Shown: piece by piece, positions 60,001-64,000 of the stretch
How the letters are laid out: each line of letters starts with the position of its first letter
How positions within the stretch are numbered: position 1 is the stretch's first letter
Virus record (IMG/VR): IMGVR_UViG_3300041405_000225
Span: 15,834-79,833 of that record
Direction: 5' to 3' (one strand)
DNA from: a virus
Length of the DNA stretch: 64,000 bases
Made by a program: the position numbers and the translations under genes
The notes under the pieces: generated by a model
What the model was told of the DNA's origin: nothing
What the model saw: only the letters and a program-made list of their open reading frames with translations
Database searches by the model: none

Positions 60001-60739
60001 CTTTGCGATCGAACTGGGCGTATTCGATAACCATCGCATCGAGCATAACGCCGTCGCTCAAGTACTCGGCGATGTCCGCCATCGTCGCGCTGTCGAGCAG
60101 CAGTTTCTCAGAGTCACCACGGCGCAGGCCATACATCACCTCGCCCATGGTCATGCCCACGGGCAGATTATCTTCGCCCCAGGCCACCATGGCACCGGTC
60201 ATAGGAGTTACCTCATCCTGGATCAAGTCAGTGGCCACAAGGGGCCGGGTTAGGTCGCCTGACTTGAGCCAGGCCTTGAATTGCTTGATGGTGCACACGA
60301 CGTAGCTACCCATGCCTTGCCAGCCGCGTTCATAGCTATTGCGGTAAGCCGTAACGGCGCTGTCGACGTCGTGGAAGCCCAGCACGGCCTTGTGCTCATC
60401 AAAGGAACGATCTTTCTTCAGCTGATTAACCACGACCACCAGCGAGCTTTCGGGGATCGGTCCCACGTACACGTCAAAGGCATCACCGTCGGCGCCCTTG
60501 TAGCCGTTGATATAGCCATAGTTCGCCATGCAGACGATTGACCAGGGCTCACCGTCTGCCTTGCCCGTGCGGGGCGTGAACATCGGGGTTTCGATGGTGA
60601 TGGGTAGGCCGTGAAGGCGCAGGCTGCCTTTTGGGTAGTTGCCCGCGCGCAGCTGCTCGACAGTAGGCGTGCGTTTGGACCCAAGGCCGAACGCACCGCT
60701 ATGCGCGGCGCTGGTCAACTTTGCAAAGTGATCAGTCAT
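57005..60739 (-). CDS. darA: Fusion: inorganic pyrophosphatase-like, DarA_N, DdrB-ParB and DarA_C
   Basis: AGNYPKG..YGYI..GADGDAFDV..FDEHK; SDGQTISVFFH..VAPEHGQD..EKNSAKF; ELQPRDR..GAPIVG..VESGNGR; C-terminal YLDSII..AAEAY. Confidence 0.85.
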   Translation of the reverse strand: MTDHFAKLTSAAHSGAFGLGSKRTPTVEQLRAGNYPKGSLRLHGLPITIETPMFTPRTGKADGEPWSIVCMANYGYINGYKGADGDAFDVYVGPIPESSLVVVVNQLKKDRSFDEHKAVLGFHDVDSAVTAYRNSYERGWQGMGSYVVCTIKQFKAWLKSGDLTRPLVATDLIQDEVTPMTGAMVAWGEDNLPVGMTMGEVMYGLRRGDSEKLLLDSATMADIAEYLSDGVMLDAMVIEYAQFDRKAKQLLRVMQAAAGTVKADSVEVSQPFKNRGTTQVAMLFSMSDGQTISVFFHNPDSTPNKLTAKDEMVSWKWVQNKKDVTLVVAPEHGQDINPRQVARRIMALVEKNSAKFIKANGANAEKTAKIEELKTLAQSKITELQGLDEQIANLQAKVAQLPAPAAVPEAEAGAIVAKPSEYAEKFLAQADGVIEKIAAMGGTPMTREEFMAKVAAGELRGFSMEQLNEKLADYRADLEAVQTGKKTSRAIGGKGATKKGVIASLGDAIAENMAAIDSGGILATINASNYLSEVSEQLRNLEAQQTAGQDNQDHGNGADDAEAQKIARLLEMLAAARSKLAAMAPGEAFYGNLVKDIADMAKQLWDAGYRGPEASAMSVAEVPAIEPDAQPDMLGDDPSLRDSRTDLEKLTAALIAGNAMGALGVLDTIDDVDALRELVLKAGFSLGASGTKDEILAGVGRDLVRAAKAKVDGFGLRELNKSPETTQEPVSAAPAGEPGADDDTGEIAPEGRENTVKTANGTKVVTGFKVIEAKNLVISHESDGTANPDYPSELQPRDRARATSQAWVQKTARNLDPDSLGRTNRADSGAPIVGADRVVESGNGRAMAIREAYRIGKADEYREWLLEHAEYFKVSATKIQNMKAPVLVRVRVSAVDRAEFAVEANQDDKLAMTATEKARSDAKRLDSAMMAKLADGDLTSAANRDFISAFLQSLGDTEAAQYITSDGRPTASLISRVQAALFAGAYSDDRLLELTADSSKPEIANIVSALNMAAPDFMRAKELDMAGAEDAGEKVTDSLELSLDQEAVSAIINATNVLRQAKESGLGIDEYLRQGDMFGDIDPSVAAMAVFISKNNRSAKRLGTAFKAMAQFVESEAKRKQTAGLFGDEPASFADIVRAANAELEKEFGEGVFAIEQDDLFSQPPAATPPEQTPPDDKDSALQTAKAYLDSIIDGTADLSDPDSALKELERIYAAFGEGELSGLFADAAEAYSQHALKATAEVA

Positions 60740-60765
60740 TTAACGGGGCTCCGCTGGAAAGCCTC

Positions 60766-60807
60766 ACGATACCGCGGCAAAAATCGACGGCCCGGCAGTG
60801 GTTTTCA
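60766..60807 (-). promoter_or_regulatory. Putative late promoter TGAAAA-N30-TATCGT
   Basis: One mismatch, same spacing. Confidence 0.6.
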
Positions 60808-60863
60808 CGCTTTCGCGGACACAAAAAAGGCGCCGATCGGCGCCCTTGGGGTTATTACAGCGA

Positions 60864-61319
60864 TCAGCCGCCGCTCATCTTCGGCGTGGGGGCTGCTCTC
60901 ACCAGGTCGCTGGCAATCTTTGAGTTAGGAACATGCCCAGCGGCAAACGCCATGGTGCGGAGTTTGTTGGCCATGGCCGGCTCCATCCAGCAGGTGATGC
61001 GCTCTTTATCAAAGCCACGCTCATCAGCGCTTGAGTACTTCGCCGCCACCGTCTTGGGCAATTGATCCTCGCCGATCTCAATAACCGGATCCGGGGCGTT
61101 ACGCACCAAGTCGTTAAACGCCGTGGAGTAAGGGACTTTGTTTTCAAAAGCCAGCGCACGCAGCTTGAATACCAACGCCGACAGCATCCAGAAGGTCATG
61201 CGCTCTTTTGCCTCAACATTGGAGACAGGCCTGCCCATTCGCTTTTTACCGCCTTTAAGCGCCTGTTCTCTCTCAGGTTTTGCCATGTTGAGTCCCGCAT
61301 AATGTAGATATGGTGACAT
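60864..61319 (-). CDS. Tandem RHH-like DNA-binding protein
   Basis: Internal repeat KERMTFWM..KLRALAF..DLVRNAP / KERITCWM..KLRTMAF..DLVRAAP. Confidence 0.65.
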   Translation of the reverse strand: MSPYLHYAGLNMAKPEREQALKGGKKRMGRPVSNVEAKERMTFWMLSALVFKLRALAFENKVPYSTAFNDLVRNAPDPVIEIGEDQLPKTVAAKYSSADERGFDKERITCWMEPAMANKLRTMAFAAGHVPNSKIASDLVRAAPTPKMSGG

Positions 61320-61458
61320 TATGATAAATCAATTCTCAGCCAGCGCACCATTTACCCATCACAGCCCTGTTTTTCGTTAAAAATTGTCCGGGGATAGTTT
61401 TTTGTTGGCCAAATGAACGAAAAAGCCCCGGAATCGGGGCTTTTTGAGGAAGCGCTTA

Positions 61459-61683
61459 TCACAAGCCTACGAGGCGAATGCCTTGCTGCGTCTCGGCTTT
61501 TGGGCAGTTCAGCTCAGGGCGCGGAGGCCAGGCGCCGCGCGCCGACATTTCGCAATACATCTTCTGACTGGCCACAGCTTGCTGGTAATCGGTTTCCCCG
61601 ACCCAACCCACCGCATACACCAATCCAGCCGTCAGCAAACCCATCAGGAACGGCTTAGGCAATCGCTCGGTAATCTTGCGCAT
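61459..61683 (-). CDS. Small membrane protein
   Basis: One TM, RBS, terminator downstream. Confidence 0.55.
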   Translation of the reverse strand: MRKITERLPKPFLMGLLTAGLVYAVGWVGETDYQQAVASQKMYCEMSARGAWPPRPELNCPKAETQQGIRLVGL

Positions 61684-61787
61684 AACTTTTTCCCTTTCGT
61701 TTAGGCCGCAACCTTCGGCGAAATAAAGTTATAATTTTTATGTTTATTGCACAAGCAAAACATTAGCGTTTTATTGTTTATTTTGAG

Positions 61788-62240
61788 GTGTACATGAAAA
61801 TCATGGCTTCAGTCAGTGGATACAGTGGCGACAGCGTGACATTGCTGGCCCTCCTGGACCCAGCCACAGGGGTGCTCGCGATCGCTAAAAAGACTCGAGA
61901 TTTTCGGGAAGTCGCTGATGAGGGGTACGCCTTCGTCACCAACACGCGCACCGATGCCTATGACTGCCTTTTCACTGAGGATCATTGGGCGCAGGCGATA
62001 CGGGATTACCAGGTCGCGGAAGGCAACGAGACAGTCAAACTAGGGGATGAGGCCGCCCGATTTTCACCGCGGATTGAAACAGACGGTGTGGACGATCGCG
62101 GGCAGAAGTATCGACTCCACGCGGATCTATCCAATGGGGAAGTGGCGGTGCTGGCGCTGGTGCATTTTCAGCAACGCCAGCTGGCGATGTCAGCGGTTGA
62201 TTTGGCGATGGATGAATGGTTTGACCTCATCACCGTTTGA
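61788..62240 (+). CDS. Hypothetical protein, possibly P1 Mat-like
   Basis: Weak remembered resemblance (ETDGVDDRGQKYRL...LALVHF). Confidence 0.4.
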   Translation: MYMKIMASVSGYSGDSVTLLALLDPATGVLAIAKKTRDFREVADEGYAFVTNTRTDAYDCLFTEDHWAQAIRDYQVAEGNETVKLGDEAARFSPRIETDGVDDRGQKYRLHADLSNGEVAVLALVHFQQRQLAMSAVDLAMDEWFDLITV

Positions 62241-62248
62241 TGGGGCGC

Positions 62249-62803
62249 TTAAGACTCGCTGGACCTGTGCGGGAGCGAAGGCAAGTCGGGCTCAAACCCT
62301 TCCAGCAGCTGTTGTGCCGGAGGATCCATTCCTGGACCTGCCGGCAGCTGCATATCCCCCGGTGCGAGCTTCGGCGCCTGTCGAAGCGGGCCGGTACCGA
62401 GATCCTGTTGATCTTCAGACGACACGATTACCCGCGCACTGAAAGACGCCAGCTTGAGGTTTTCGCGACTGGACGCCCAAGCAATACGGCTATTGACGAT
62501 GTACGCGAGGCAACCGCCTCGATCCCCACCAATTCGAATCGCTTGAATCCACTGGTTTTCCGTCAGCACGGCAAGCGCGCGCTTGGTGGTGGCCACCGAC
62601 ACATTGGTCAATTTTGAAAGCGTGGCATGACTGGCGACAAGCCCGCCAGTTTCGTCCATATTCGCTACCATGATGTGCAACAGAGCTGCCGCCCGGGGCG
62701 CATCGGCGATCAATTGAGCCCAGGCTTCGTGCCCGGCTCTTTCGGTCTGAACCCATGTACCTCGCGGGGGTGGTTGTTTGAGCTTGCGTATGTCATCGGC
62801 CAT
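62249..62803 (-). CDS. rep: Plasmid replication initiator, IncP-9/pBBR1 Rep family
   Basis: RGTWVQTERAGHEAWA...SVATTKRA...VNSRIAWA...LPAGPGMDPPAQ; 184 aa. Confidence 0.9.
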   Translation of the reverse strand: MADDIRKLKQPPPRGTWVQTERAGHEAWAQLIADAPRAAALLHIMVANMDETGGLVASHATLSKLTNVSVATTKRALAVLTENQWIQAIRIGGDRGGCLAYIVNSRIAWASSRENLKLASFSARVIVSSEDQQDLGTGPLRQAPKLAPGDMQLPAGPGMDPPAQQLLEGFEPDLPSLPHRSSES

Positions 62804-62879
62804 GCAGTATCACCTCAGTTCCTAAGCGATACCTTACAAACTTGTTCGCTATCGATCAAGGTTGGCAGGATAACGTGCA

Positions 62880-63110
62880 GGGTTGAGCTAGGGTTAGCTC
62901 ATGCGGTGAGCTGGATAGGTAGCTCAACTAGTGAGCTGGGGGTAGCTCATTCTTGTTCGATATCTCTCAAATTTGATCGATATCAATGCACGAATGCACT
63001 AGGGGTAGCTCACCAGTTATGACCTACCCCTAGCTCACCAGCTGTGACCTATCCCAGTGCATCAGCTGTGCCCTATGGTCAGGTCATCTATGTGACCTAC
63101 CCCCACCGCT
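62880..63110. repeat. Putative oriV with iteron-like repeats
   Basis: Repeated TGAGCT-N-TAGCTCA and TGACCTA(C/T)CC units around an AT-richer core, immediately upstream of rep. Confidence 0.8.
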
Positions 63111-63341
63111 GGAGCCCTTGATTTACGGGGGGCCAGATGTCGTGCTTTCTCATGATCTACGGCGCCCTTCTTCCGTTGCTGCTGTGCCATTTGCCTGCGG
63201 CAGCGGCCAGTTGGGGCTACCTGGCAGACTTCGCTAGCCAGGCATCCCCAACCGGCTTGCCTTTTTCATCGTTCGGACGACAGCGGTAGCAGCTGCAACC
63301 GCCAACGCGTTGGCCGCTGGTGCGGCAGTAAATCGGGGCTT

Positions 63342-63743
63342 TCATTTCGGTAGGCTCTCCTTGTGAGTTTCAGGGATGGCGCAGGGGACGTCAAAAAATC
63401 CCAGGCGCCCATTTACGCTGATGAATGGGAGCGGACGCGGATCCCTCAAAACGATGGCCTTGTTCCCTGGCATGTACCAGGGCGATGGGTGGCTGATGTC
63501 GCTGCCGATTGCTTCAACCGATCCAATAATGCCCCCACGCAGAAGCTCAGCAGCCGGTGGAACGGTCACACCCAAACGCTGGGCGTATTCGACTGCATCG
63601 GTATATTCCTGCTTTGTCATGCCCTTTGACGCATGCACCAGGAAGCGCCCGCGAAACTTCGTGAGCCATGACCGATTTTCAATGTCTTTGCCGCCATGGA
63701 TGATCAACCACGCCCAAGGCTGGCGAATGCTCAGCGTTTTCAT
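63342..63743 (-). CDS. ASCH domain protein
   Basis: LSIRQPWAWLIIHGGKDIENRSW..RGRFLVHAS. Confidence 0.88.
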   Translation of the reverse strand: MKTLSIRQPWAWLIIHGGKDIENRSWLTKFRGRFLVHASKGMTKQEYTDAVEYAQRLGVTVPPAAELLRGGIIGSVEAIGSDISHPSPWYMPGNKAIVLRDPRPLPFISVNGRLGFFDVPCAIPETHKESLPK

Positions 63744-63994
63744 ATCGAAGCCTCTCGTTTAGCCAGCTGTTGATTCAACATTTCCACGGTGTTGGGGTGG
63801 GCGATTAGAGCGCTACCCATCCTCAAAAACATGCGGCAGGTCGTTACCTTGAACCGCTGGCCACGCTGCCACATGACGCGGTGAGCCCACTTACGTTCCT
63901 GTCGATGCGATTCCACCAGTTCAGGTACGTGAGGATCCGCCAGCACAGTCATGCCGTTGTATCGAGCGGTTTTGTTCATGGTCGCGTCAGTCAT
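63740..63994 (-). CDS. Hypothetical protein
   Basis: Coupled ORF. Confidence 0.5.
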   Translation of the reverse strand: MTDATMNKTARYNGMTVLADPHVPELVESHRQERKWAHRVMWQRGQRFKVTTCRMFLRMGSALIAHPNTVEMLNQQLAKREASI

Positions 63995-64000
63995 ACCAGC

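Larger units (their letters stand above)
1..64000. mobile_element. P1-like temperate phage-plasmid (partial genome), likely Pseudomonas host
   Basis: P1-like head, tail and packaging genes in P1-like synteny (26-25-7; bplB-pmgG-21-22-23; pmgC-tub-pmgB) co-occur with plasmid rep/iterons, parA and a TA pair. Confidence 0.9.

Noticed and set aside
57035-60253. Long + strand ORFs (also 44581-46359, 31-1464 and others)
   Set aside because: Antisense shadows of well-supported GC-rich minus-strand genes; no motifs
1-64000. CRISPR arrays, tRNA/rRNA genes, IS elements, retroelements
   Set aside because: No repeat-spacer arrays, cloverleafs, transposase or RT motifs seen by eye

Overview
The whole window appears to be part of a P1-like (myovirus-type) temperate phage-plasmid, probably from Pseudomonas, judging by its RdgC, YejK/NdpA and IncP-9/pBBR1-type Rep. 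Almost all genes are on the minus strand. It carries P1-like morphogenesis genes (pro, portal, gp7/25/26, pacB-like TerL, TerS, tub, bplB, pmgG, gp21, gp22 sheath, gp23 capsid) and a lysis cassette (GH19 endolysin, holin, spanins). It also has three large polyvalent virion-cargo proteins: InPase-DarA-DdrB fusion, LPD1/zincin and LPD3/adenine MTase. Maintenance functions are a type Ib parA/RHH system, an iteron replicon, a second phage-type replication initiator, a tyrosine integrase and a HigBA TA pair. A long early region holds many small genes. The most striking observation is a second, split and catalytically degenerate copy of the large terminase between terS and terL: an ATPase-like gene and a nuclease-like gene, each with an intact frame. 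Three dispersed regulatory motifs are also visible: a YGCAAA-N30-(-10) late promoter, a 47-bp early promoter and the 11-mer TATCCCCGGAC. A recurring (M/L)LD(S/A/G/N) motif in head proteins may mark maturation cleavage sites. All homology calls are by-eye comparisons with remembered family sequences; no search was run. No tRNA, rRNA or CRISPR array was seen.
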